Source: Marsupella aquatica (Eukaryota; Plantae; Marchantiophyta). Taken from it: a stretch of 64,000 bases of DNA. How positions within the stretch are numbered: position 1 is the stretch's first letter; each line of letters starts with the position of its first letter. A program made the position numbers and the translations under genes. The notes under the pieces were generated by a model. It ran no database searches and was not told where the DNA came from. It saw only the letters and a program-made list of their open reading frames with translations. Below are positions 13,210 to 24,809 of this stretch, in pieces. Location of the stretch: positions 18,051,192 through 18,115,191 of the forward strand of contig OZ316898.1 in the NCBI GenBank assembly GCA_973895155.1. Reading direction: 5' to 3'.

Positions 13210-13726
13210 CTAGGGTAGTTTGAAACTGCTATATGGTGATTACATCTTTCAGATATTGTCTTATTCAGAGTTTTGGTGTCATATATTTTTATTTCAATGT
13301 GCCTTATCAAGGGGCAGCCTGTGTATAGTATACATTTTTAATTAATTTATGGACCCCTTTAATTTACATCTCTATGTAATTAATGGACCCCTTTAATTTT
13401 TACGATTCTAGTCTAAGAGTATTTTTGACTTATTAGATGAAATAAACTGCTCCACCACTTGAAGAGTCTCATGAGCAAGAGAAATGATTCTGATTGTGTC
13501 TTAAGTTCCCCTTATGTCTTTCTTTCCTAAGTTTATGGTTTTTATTGAAATAAGTGTCATTCATGAGTACATTGAATTAAGTGTACACATCATAACATCC
13601 TTGATTGTACTTTTCATTGGGCACTGTGCACCAATCCTTCTAGTTATGTTCTCATATTTTATTTACTTTCAAATCACTACAAGACAAAAACTCAAGCATG
13701 TTCCAGAATGAGCATGCTATATGCTA
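13210..13726 (+). mobile_element. ~520-bp SINE-like or 5'-truncated non-LTR retro-insertion with a 19-bp TSD
   Basis: Flanked by tatagtcaccatgagaagt at 13191-13209 and 13727-13745. Ends in a short (gctatat) tandem tail. Homologous along its length to the inverted copy at 61706-62244, which has a different TSD. Confidence 0.75.
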
Positions 13727-13771
13727 TATAGTCACCATGAGAAGTGATTTAGTTTTCACAAGGGAAACGGG

Positions 13772-14103
13772 TAATTGTAACATGCGAGCAAACAGTAAAA
13801 AATTTCCTCGCACGAAAAACAATTCCTACATGACCCCTATTTTTCTACATGCAACTGCCTCGCTATAAATTACCTGGTTGGTTACATCCCTTTTGGGGAC
13901 TCCCTGTTTGCTAGCGAGCTCGCTAGCCATCTGCAGTCTTTAAAAAAACACAAAAAATGTAAAAGTCACCAAAAAGTAACTGATTTTTTTTATTTTTATT
14001 TTTAATTTATTTTAAAGTAACTGAAATTTGGAATCATTATTGTCTCGCTATCAAAATCACCTTGTTATCAAAATCTCCTGTTTGCTCGCAACATAGAATA
14101 CCT
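13772..14103 (+). mobile_element. Small non-autonomous element with subterminal inverted repeats and 13-bp flanking direct repeats
   Basis: caagggaaacggg at 13759-13771 and 14104-14116; inverted pair gcgagcaaacag (13784) / ctgtttgctcgc (14078); internal 18-bp palindrome at 13910-13927; partial inverted copy at ~42670-42785. Confidence 0.65.
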
Positions 14104-14267
14104 CAAGGGAAACGGGCCTGTCCAGCTGCATGGCTTGAGGATGGGGAGGATTGCTATGGGAATATTGACCATTGACTATCCCCTGTTGACCAACTTTGGG
14201 GTTTATGCTTTTTTTTTGTTATTCTTTCACAAGAGTCCTATGGCTGAAACTTGTTGGACGTGCAGTG

Positions 14268-14442
14268 CTTTGTCATTCTTTCAAAACAGTAGGGGCCATG
14301 TTTTTGTCATTCTTTCAAATCAGTAGGGGCCATAAGTTTTGTCAGTCTTTCAAATCAGTAGGGCTATATTTTGGTCATTCGATCAAAACAGTACGGGTCA
14401 TATTTTTGCCATTCGTTCAAAACAGTAGGGGCCATATTTTTG
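14268..14442. repeat. ~30-bp minisatellite, 5-6 copies
   Basis: Unit approximately tttgtcattctttcaaaacagtaggggccat. Confidence 0.85.
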
Positions 14443-15689
14443 TTATGACTTGTGTGTAAACTTTGATGATTTTTGCTAACATTGGTGCATAATGCCCTCT
14501 TTGAATTTTCATAGTGTAGTCTAGAAGGTTATGGGCCTGCCTGTAATCCTCTTGCCAAGTCAGTCAGCACCCCAAAGGAGCCTCAGACTGGCAGAGGAGG
14601 CCATGAAAGGGCAAAGTAAAAATTCAAAAGCATATATACAAGCATATATCAACCGCCAATCTAATTTATGGAAAGTTTTCACTAATTTAGTGCCTTCACT
14701 AATTGGTTTTCTTGCCAACAAAAGTGACTATCAAAACTAGCATGGACCACCCCACCACTTACCCGATTAAAATGGAAATAATTTGGTGTATGTGAGAGGT
14801 ACGGTTTTCTTGGATACTAGAGCCCAAATACCAATGCTTATGAACAAGAATGGCTCCTTGTACCTAGACTGCCCCTGCTCATCCTCATTCACAAGCATAG
14901 TCTTTTTTATTTATTTATAAATTGATACCAGAAAAATTAGGACCTCTGGCTTGATTCACTCTATGAAATAGGCCATGAATAGTAATTTCTGATAGTGAAG
15001 TATAATACCTGAGATAGTATGATATTGGTCACATACTGGGTCACATACCAGTATGTGTTGTACTATATTTGTGTTTTGCATATGCCACCCAGCTAGTTCC
15101 GGCACCGGGAAAAATTTACGTTCATTTTAGTGTCACCTACAGTAGCTAGGTGGTGACAAACCTTTTTAGCTAGGAAAGATTGAAATGGCCACCTGGGAAT
15201 GTCTGGATGCAAGGTAAGATGACTTTGTGCTATCATCCAAGTTATGACTGAGGTAGTCCCCGAACTAAAAATCCCAGAGTACCTGTAGCACGCTCTCCAA
15301 CCAAGTTATTGCTAAGGTACTGTAGACAGTCCCGGTACCTAAAAATCCCCGTACCTCCCACTCCCGGTACTTACATGGGTACTAGCCAGAGTACTAAATG
15401 TTCCTGTACGTACTCTTTCCCTTGAAGTTTCATACTGGAGCCCATATGTGCCCCTGCCATTGTTTTCCTTATATTTTGTGAGGAAGTAGGAGGCAAAACA
15501 ATTGGGACCCACCTAGTTATATCTACCTATTTATAAACGTTACTAAAATTCTAACTAGAGAATTAATGATCTTTCCTCAATTTTAAACAGCTGCAGTCAG
15601 ACCGGGCCTTGTGTGTGAAAGTTGAATTTTTGTAATCCTGATAAGAAAAAGTTATTTTAACTCGAAGATAACACAATTTTAAGACAATG

Positions 15690-16250
15690 CCTGGATGCTG
15701 TGTTTGAATATAGTGTTGTGTTCAAATATGGCGTTGTGTTCAATTGTGGCTCTGTGTTTGAATGTTCAGGGTTGTGTTTGGCTTTTTATTTTTATTTTTA
15801 TCTTGATGGCATTGAGCATAAAAGGTGCAAGCTCATGAATTTATTACAATCAAAGGATAAGCAAAGTAAACTAAAAGCCCTTGATAGCCTTCACATCTTG
15901 ACAACAATGCTGGCAGCAATTTCTGGAGCAGTATTTCCCACACTTATACTCAAAATTTGAAAAGGCATTTGATAACTGTACTTCCTTGTGCAAACGCACC
16001 AGAAATTAGAAAAAGATCTTCTAAAGTGTCCCTAATTCTATTTTGTCTCAGTTTTGGAAATTCATCACTGCCTAAATTTGAACATAGCACCACTATTTGA
16101 ACACAATGCCACTATTCAAACACTGTCTATGCTGCAAGATAAAAAAAAACTCCAAATCAGAGTGTCAAAACTCAAACACAACGCCCTGGGCGCACTATTC
16201 AAGTGTAACGCCCCATGGCCCACTATTTGAATATAGTGCCCAGGCGCTGT
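15690..16250. repeat. Degenerate foldback: arrays of ~18-bp repeats in opposite orientations
   Basis: gttgtgttcaaat-type repeats at 15700-15780 and their complements (atttgaacacaa, ttcaaacac) at 16075-16240. Confidence 0.5.
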
Positions 16251-18879
16251 ATTTGGCGGAAGATGGTATACTAACCTCTGGTGAAATGAGCTACATATCT
16301 CTTGTGTTGACTACGTCTTCTGAGTAACAATCATTTCACTCAGTTGATTCTACATAACATTTAATATAGAATTTTCTTGACATCCCTTGTGACATGCATC
16401 CCCTCATGACCAGTCCACATGACCTAGTATTTAAGTCCACTACAGTTAGCCCAATGTCGTGCGTGCATTGTACAGAAGATGTCAAGGCAAGGTAAAGAAA
16501 GTTGTTCATGATTGTATCTTAGATATGTGTAGCATGTTGTTGTTGGAGCCATATATGGTGTTACTCCGGCCATGAGTACGGTCAATGTTTGTGCATTGCA
16601 TGCATAATTGTCATTGTGGGCTCACATCCCCTCCCCTTCCTCTCCTCTCCTCTCCTCTCCTCTCCTCTCTCCCTTGCTTGCCAACCCATAAATTGCCCTC
16701 CCTGAATTGTCATATCCCTACCCTTACTCATGTTGCCCAGTCATGTTGCCCTTACTCCCTTGTACATGGCCCTAAAACCAATGTAAGTGTGGCGCACAAT
16801 TGTTAATGTACCAGATCATGTTGTGTGCAAGATCATGTTGTGTGCAATGATTGCAGAGTGTCAATACTGCCGTGTTGTTGGTACTGCTGTCAGTTCTCAA
16901 TGTTGTGGCCATGGTGTTGTTGTGGCCATGTTGTGGCCATGTTGTCATTGTTACCATGCACTTTGTTATGGATATGTACGTAGTCATTGTCCAAGCGCAC
17001 ATTGCACAATATATTGCCTTTGCGGCCATGCAATTGTTGTGGCCATGTTGTTCTTGATGGGGGTGAGACCCAAGGTGAAAGCAAGACCCGTGATGGTAGC
17101 CGCAGTTCTACCGCTGTAAGTGGAAGGGTGGCATTTCAGACGGGATTTCAGGTCCCCCAACAGCCCTTCCTTGTCATGCCCTGTTGCCCTCACTCTTGCA
17201 CTCCCCCGTGGCTGGGCAAGGATGTACTCCGGGATGTACTCCTTGGCTGGTGGTGCTTCCTTTTTGAGGATCCTAACATCTTTAGTTATCTTCAAGAAAA
17301 TTGTTAAATTGCTGATTTATCTATCTACGTACGCCTGCACAATAGTCCTAAAAGCTTTCAATCTAGTACTATATGGGAAAGGGATCTCAAAGTTGAAGCA
17401 ACCTTATCCAATTTCTTTCCTTCTGGCTTTCCTTTAGCAGAGATTTGCAAGAACTTAGGGGTGGGGGCACTCTTCACCCCGTTCAAACGTGAGTTCCATT
17501 GCATACAGTATAGTTGAAATTCCTGAGCCTGTAAGGCAAGGGAAAATAAATGCAAGCTTAGACAGGACCAAATTAACTGTCCATTTCTTTAAACCACCTC
17601 GATCAAGAGGTGGTCTAAGTTTTTCATAAAAAGCATGGACACATCAGAAGTCTGAAGTGTTCCCACATTTGAATGGCTAGCATTGCATCTCATATCGCTA
17701 AGATTGCATCTCAGACATAGAAGAAAAACATGCAGTTCATCCAAAGTGAAGACTGGCCTGTAGGTTCCCAAACTCGAATGCTAAGCTTGCATGTCGGACA
17801 TTGGGGAAGAAAAGACCAGCCTCGGATTTCTTGCAAAGCCCCTTAGTTTAGGAAAAATACTTAGCTGCTCTGATCGAAGTTGGATTCGGAGGTCCCAGGC
17901 AAGGAAAAGCATGCACCACTAAGTGTTAGAACGGGGCCAGCTATATTAGTCGATAGAGAGCCAGGAGCCAGATGCTGTCTTGTACCGTAACGTGCTTTAT
18001 AGAGATAATCCAAAAGGGATATCGAGATCGAGGATCGAATTTGCTTGTTGAACAAGCAAAGAATCATGTGATGCGTTCGAAGTGAGTCAATTCCTTTAAT
18101 TAAGCTCCTAGTGTACTTGTCCCTAGTGTACTTGTTACATACTTATTCAAATATCTGCCTGTCACCATAGTACTGTAGTTGAATTGATCAACTAATACCA
18201 GGTACCTGGTCTAGTAACCAATACTGTAATCGTTAGAAGCCGGCATACAGATGTCTCCCAAACAAGAGGATGACCAGGTCCAGTTGAAAATTATGAAGGG
18301 ACCTATCAGTCCTTGTCTTTACGATGGAATAGCTGTATTATATACATAATAATTATTATATCTATCTATAGACATCGTCACTCGAGTGCTCCGCTGAATT
18401 GACTCATGAAGCAGGTTTCTGGAGATTCTTAAGGATTGTAATCTTTCAGTAACGAAGTATGGGCTGTCTCACTGAAGTATGGGCTGTGGGTGACATTCTT
18501 GCTTTGCCTTTCTTGTCCAATTAGCAAATGAAATTATTACATAGGAAGGGCATGATTTTATCTGCATGACGTGCACAGAACGATCCTGTCGGTGAGCTTC
18601 ACATTTCTGAAGAAACCCAATTCAACTTGGTTTGGTTGGGTCTGTTCAACTTCACTTCAATCTGATCACTTCAGCTTCACCTTCTCTCGTGTTCTTCTTT
18701 GTGGTACAGTACTAAACCCGCCGAGTGAATGGATAATGGTCTTGAAGTTTGTGAATGAGAGCTTGTTTGGGATTACTAGGATAGGAAGGTGTCTAGCTAG
18801 CCAGGAGCTAATTGAGCTGACATTTTGTTTGCGGGTGCTTGTGAAGGACTCACTGTCTCAGGGACGATTAATTGTAGCT

Positions 18880-19719
18880 ATGGGACGTCAGTCTGAGAAT
18901 CGGAGTCTCTTCGATCAATTGCTACCTGTCCTTCTGGTTTTGGTGATAGGAGTACTCCTCAACAATGAAAGCTCCAACGCCCAGGAGCCTTACAAGGGCG
19001 ACTATTATCTTTGCTCAAATGAAACGGTGAAGTGCAGCACATTTTCGCTGTACAGGGCTCAGAAGGACTACACAACCCTGACATCCATAGGAGCACTTTT
19101 TAACACCAATTCGACTACTTTGGCTGCTCTCAACGCATTGCCGGCGGACGGGACGTTGACGCTTGGGCAGCCCGTTGTCGTCCCTCTGACCTGCGTCTGC
19201 TCCAATGGGACAACTTCGGCCAATTTCACTCACATTATAGCGTCTGGGGACAGTTACTTCAAGCTGAATATGAACGCTTTCGAGTCTTTGAGCACCGTCC
19301 CCGCAATCATCAGGGCCAATCCTACATTGAACTCTTCCGATCTCACCATCGGCACGCCGATGATCTTCCCTTTGCGTTGCTCATGTCCGAATGCCACCCA
19401 GATCAGCGTTGGTGTTAAATCTTTAGTCACATATCCCGTAGTGAATGGGGATTCAATTAGCCAAATCGCCACTGACTTTGGTGTGTCTACAGAGTCTATC
19501 CTCTTCGCCAATGAATTGCAGGGACCTAGCCCGCTGATTTCTACTCAAACTACCCTTCTTATACCCATCAGCAGTGCCACGCCAAACTACACAGGTGCTG
19601 TCGGTGCTTCTGCTCCTGCTGCTGAAGGACCAACATCTGCATCTGGTCGTCACAGCAATAGCAAGACGGGCGGGTATGTTGTAATAGCGGTCTGGTTTTT
19701 GTTGGCGTTGTCAATTTGA
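18880..19719 (+). CDS. Extracellular three-LysM protein with an LYR (NFP/LYK4/LYK5)-type ectodomain and no kinase domain
   Basis: ATG at 18880; signal peptide (LLPVLLVLVIGVLL...NAQE); two N-terminal Cys; LysM1 (LYRAQ...SIGALF), CVC, LysM2 (IASGDSYF...NPTL...L.IG), CSCP, LysM3 (GVKSLVTYPVVNGDSISQIA.DFGVS); S/A/P-rich stalk; terminal hydrophobic stretch YVVIAVWFLLALSI*. The ectodomain is intronless, as is usual for LYR genes. Confidence 0.9.
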   Translation: MGRQSENRSLFDQLLPVLLVLVIGVLLNNESSNAQEPYKGDYYLCSNETVKCSTFSLYRAQKDYTTLTSIGALFNTNSTTLAALNALPADGTLTLGQPVVVPLTCVCSNGTTSANFTHIIASGDSYFKLNMNAFESLSTVPAIIRANPTLNSSDLTIGTPMIFPLRCSCPNATQISVGVKSLVTYPVVNGDSISQIATDFGVSTESILFANELQGPSPLISTQTTLLIPISSATPNYTGAVGASAPAAEGPTSASGRHSNSKTGGYVVIAVWFLLALSI

Positions 19720-21676
19720 TTCTGGTTTTTATTTTCCAGACTTCGAAGCAAGTCATATGCACCACTAGTGACAATTGAGATCTGATCACGTTGGCCATGT
19801 TCTGCGGAGAGTGATGCTCCATTTCCAAGACAGATCAGATCAGTCTTGACGGTTTAGAATAAAGTTTTCAGTTTTCTAATACATGTCAGATGCATGGGAA
19901 GCTATTTAAATCATTAACAGGGATTCCAATGTGGAGCCATTTAATTTTAGCTCAATTTGTGCCTATCATTCTCACATGTTTTGTTATGGATTTCATCCAT
20001 GTGACGTTCAATTACTGCCGTCTCAAAAGAGGACTATCTGGATGTCGATTGCTACGGAGGCATTGTAGTTCTGCAGATTCTAAGATCCTGGTACACCTTC
20101 AGAAGATTAGGATATGAGCCCTGCAAAATTGTAATCATGGATCTCAAATAAAGTAGTGTTCTGCAACAGTCAAGAGTTCTCAATAAGCCACTGTCTGGAG
20201 AGAAATGCACATCTTCGCAACCGACTTGGCTGCTCGGAGGTACTAAGCCGGCCATCACTTTCTCTGTTCAGGACAAAGTGCTGCATCTCCTCATCTATTA
20301 TCTGGACAGGACAGCCTTTTCGTAGCTAGGCCGCCCTAACTTGTGATATGTCCGAAAGGTAGAGGAGTTTCTACATTTCCAGACCATGCTCTGCGAGATG
20401 CTCTGTCAATGAATCCAATCAATTTCTGTTTTCGCTGAGCTACAAAGTAGCTGGTGGGTAGTGCATTATCCTCACAAGTTATCCATGACTGTTCTCGGGT
20501 CATCTACTGGAGTTAGTTGGGAGACATTGTCAAGATGGTCATGAAGGTCCAGTTTTGTTTGATTTTCTATGGAGAGGAAAGGCACTAAGGGCCCAGCTTT
20601 CATTTATTGACTCGGACCAAGTAGTAGAGAGTCCATAGATCATGGTTCTCGTTGAGCAATTCACCCTCCTTTGTCTCTGGCGAGCTGCAGCTCATTAGGT
20701 GATTTTTCCAATTTATCATGACCATTGTAAACCCTTCAATAATCACTTATTAATACCCATTTTCCCCCGCTCTCACCAAACACTATATTATTAGAGCTGT
20801 CTTGCATGTCTCCGGCCCTTCAATTTGGTACCCGAAATCAATGTTTAAGGAGTATATGATTTAAGGAGAAAAAAGTGCCTGAAATGTCTCATCTGCCACC
20901 AGTTTCGACTGCTCCTAAAGGGGATGTCTTAAGTGCAGTCCCTACCTTTGAAAGACAAGACAAGACGATCCTGTGGCCCTCACTCAAGGCGTCCCTCGGA
21001 AATTGAGGGAATGTTTTCGGGCCAAAGTGCCAGTTGCACGCAATGTAGTTAATATATCCTGCTCATTCTGGCGGATTGCTTGCTTATCAAATGTCATCTG
21101 GGTGGGAAGAAATCTTGGCCGTTCTCTGGAAAAAGGTTTTTTTGGTCACAGTTCAATCAGCAAAGAACACCATCTTTGTCGTCATCGATCTTCCAGCTCG
21201 CCCACTGCACCTTAGTTAGTACCTCACCCTCTGTGCCTCCCCTGCTTGTGCCATTCATGCCTCCCCCTTATTTATCGTCGAATGTACAGGCATTGGGCTT
21301 ATTATCTTCCATCATATTAGACTGAGCAAAGCTGATTGAATGAACAAGGGACCAAAGTCTGACCAGTTTTATATTCTCAGAATGTTTGTTTTTGTTTTGT
21401 ATGGAAGCCCATATAGAGAGTATTATTAGCCTCTGCCCAAATGCCTGCCCTTGACCTCTGCCCCAAAGCTTGCTCAGGACCTCTACCCATCTTACACTCT
21501 CTTGGGCATGCATGCACTTCTCCGCATGTGTTAATAAGTATGTGGAGTACCTTGCTGAGGAGTATGTGTGAACATTTGAAAATTGGATTTTATTCATTTT
21601 GAACTAATAATTATAATTCATTTTCGATAACAATATAACTTTTTATATAAAAATTTACCATCCGTTTACAGTTGAT

Positions 21677-21888
21677 TGTCTCATAATTGGGTATAAAATG
21701 GTCTGTTTCCCTGTTATGTCCATGGGGATAGCTGGAGACAATGTACCAGTCCATCCAGGCTTTAGTGTTGGCATAGGGTGCTTGTCTCATGATTGGGTAT
21801 AAAATGGTCTGTTTCCTGTCATAGTCCATGGGGATAGCTAGAGACAATGTACCAGTCCATCCAGGCTTTAGTGTTGGCATAGGGTGCT
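21677..21888. repeat. 106-bp tandem duplication
   Basis: tgtctcat(a/g)attgggtataaaatggtc...ggcatagggtgct at 21677 and 21783. Confidence 0.9.
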
Positions 21889-22012
21889 TTTCATATTATT
21901 CGGCGCTTGTACGTACATAGCCCAACATGACGTAAATTTTACTTTGGACATTACAAGGTAAGTTTACGTTGTGAGAGCAGATGTAAAATGATAATTAATG
22001 TGTCTTCTTGAA

Positions 22013-23499
22013 GAGGTATATGCTTAATAGACCCCCTCTGGACTGTTTCTTACTTAATCAACCCCCTATGTTCAGATCTGCCCCAATTAACCCCCTCTTA
22101 CAATTTCTTACAATCATATAGTTCTTGGGAAGAGCAGTATAGAGAGACTTTACCACGGTGAACTCTAATTTTCTATCATATGAGCCCGTGGTCTCGTCCG
22201 CGGTATGCTGCAATTATGTCGAGATAAGAGTCAGCCCACAATCCACGCATGATAATATCAAATGACACCAGACGCAGTCATGGATACTTTTGTGTTTGAA
22301 GACAAAACCAGTATGGTCTTCAAACATTTAGGGGTCTCTAGCAGGGTCTCCATTTGTTTGAAGTTTAGAGGTAATAAAACTGGGCTGCTATCTCCATAAT
22401 GTTCATATATAGTTGCTTTGTTGAGAATCTTTATCAGAGCATTCCACTAGAGACAAATCTATGTTTGCATCCTCACTCACAAAAAATGCTTTGCTGGATC
22501 TCTTTGACACCGATTAATGTGCTAAATCGGCACACTTGCATTCAGAAATTATTAAAATTTCTCAAAATGTTTCCAATCTTTATACCGCAAGACCATTATG
22601 ACAGCCAAGAATCCAAACACTTCTAAAATTCTCCAAAAATAATCCTTGGAAGTGTTTGCCGTTTTGAATTGAGTTGCCTTTGCTTCCATTACGAGCAATT
22701 GAACTAAGACACTTTGCATTATGTACTCTCGACAAAGTGTATTCACTAGAATAAACATATCAACAACAATTGATGATAACATCCAATTCTTACACACTTT
22801 CTAGCTTATAGGCTTTCCCATCAGTTATCCTGGCCACATCCTAAACCCATGTGCAATTGTGTTTTTGGGCACGCTCTATCTTGTAGTGATAAAATGTCAC
22901 ATTAAAGAATGTCCACTTCAAATAGATCCCCTCTATGCCAAAGATGCACAATGACATCAAAATCTCCAACATTGATATCCCTACGTGTACCTCACACCAC
23001 TACAATGTCATCTAGATTGCATGTACAAACTCTAACGAAAAGAGACTGAGCTTCCCAATAACCCCCAATACAATAGATTCCCCCAAACCTCATGACCAAC
23101 AGAAGTCATCATGACGTACAAAATGTGAAACAATGAACATTTGGACCAAGTTATGTGAGGACAATTCAATAATGAACATGTGAAGACATAACACGTATTG
23201 TCTTCGCATCATTTATGAAATCCTTGATCGTCGCCGTCGTGGCGCGGCCGACCCTAAATGAAGCATTGGATGGTTGGCTCAAGTCGCTTGCACCCACGGA
23301 CAGGTTCAGGTAGACTGCAATTGCAATACACGGCATGTCAGGAACCATAACTATCAAAGGGGGTTGATTGGGTAACAAACATACTTTGGGGGGTCGATTG
23401 GGGCAGATCTGAACATAGGGGGCCGATTGGGGCAGATTTGAACATAGGGGGTTGATTAAGCAGGAAACAGTCCAAAGGGGGTTGATTAACATATATCTC
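22013..23499. mobile_element. Non-autonomous Mutator-like element (MULE)
   Basis: ~85-bp TIRs (GAGGTATATGCTTAATAGACCCCC... / ...GGGGGTTGATTAACATATATCTC) with internal repeats; 9-bp TSD cttcttgaa / cttcttgca. Confidence 0.85.
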
Positions 23500-24809
23500 C
23501 TTCTTGCATGATGCAAATGAATGTCGTGTTGTGTGAGTCTCTTTAAGGTGACCAGGGCATCATAACACTTAAGACAGTGCGGCGTATCATATCGTGCAAT
23601 TAATGTCTCATGTCTGAGACATTTTAAACAACTATGCTTGTGACATCATAAATGACCCAAGTCGATCCTGGTCCTTAAATTCCAAAGAAAATACCTGTAT
23701 GCACACATTCTACATCTTATTTGGCATGGGATCTTATCTGAAGAAGGTCTGCTCTGTAGACACAATGGCTAACACGTTTCAGGGATTTTTGTCATTTTTC
23801 TTTGTGATGGTGGATAGGATGTTTGACCGGTGTGTCCATGCACTGACGCTTAGTGGTGGGCTATGGGAGAAACATTTGTCTGCACAGACCACTCACATTG
23901 ACACAACTGACTGAGACACTCTGATACTTTGGTTGGATGCATTTCCTCCCAGCATATCAGTTTGAGCACAATTATATTGTAACCTGGGACTGGGTATTTT
24001 CATGTAAGAAAGCAAATGCACTTGTAGATGTCTTGCCATTCAAGCTGCACCCAGTTCAGCCCGGGGTTCAGCCATTCAACCATGATTCCAACCATTCAGA
24101 CTATAGAGGAGTGTGATTGCTTTAGGGACTTGCTGGTTGAGATCAATTAGCTCAACCAAGAAACCTTGCTCCCCTGGGCCCCCCAGAGTTAATAATAATG
24201 GACAGGACATGCAAATTAGGGGTGCCAGGGTTTTGGGTTGTACACTAACCCCAAAACCCCAAAACTTAACACAAAACCTGAGATGCCTTGAAGCCATGAG
24301 TTGTACCAAGCCTTAAACTAAGCCTGGGATGCCTGGGAGCCTGACTCAGACAAAGCCTGGCATGGGCCTTGACATCTTTTAGGGCTTTCACTTCAATCTT
24401 TCTTTTATGCAGCCACCGTTTGGATTTGGCTATGGAGGCTTTGACCTTGGTGTAACCCGTGAGTTCTACAAGCTTTGAAGGTCTGTGAGGCGCATGGCAT
24501 ACTGACAGTTGCAAGCTCCCGTGCAAGCCCTGGGCCCCCAGCATTATTAATAATGGGCCAGACGTGCGAATGGATGAAGGATGCAGCAAATTTGATTTGA
24601 GATTATTTTTTATAATTGGCTTAGAAGTATCAAGGGATGGTTTTATTCAAAGAACCCTTTCTAACTAATATAGGCTCATATAAATGTCGTCCAAGTTAAT
24701 ATGCTTCAAGAGGTGATGTAATATGGATGCGACAAGCGTCACAATAGGATTGGTTTGTGGGCCACCCTTTATTGGAACATGTGTATATGACATGTAATTG
24801 TGCTTGAAA

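Noticed and set aside
16585-17084. Cys/His/Thr-rich ORFs on both strands
   Set aside because: They arise from low-complexity tgtggccatg/ttg repeats and a (CTCCT)n microsatellite.
18571-18879. 103-aa N-terminal extension of the LysM ORF in the track
   Set aside because: It begins at a GTG; the ATG at 18880 is followed directly by a signal peptide, so the extension is probably UTR or intron.
19790-20700. Searched for a kinase-domain remnant after the LysM gene
   Set aside because: No GxGxxG, VAIK, HRD/HKD or DFG/NFG motif recognised by eye; a tBLASTn search would be more sensitive.
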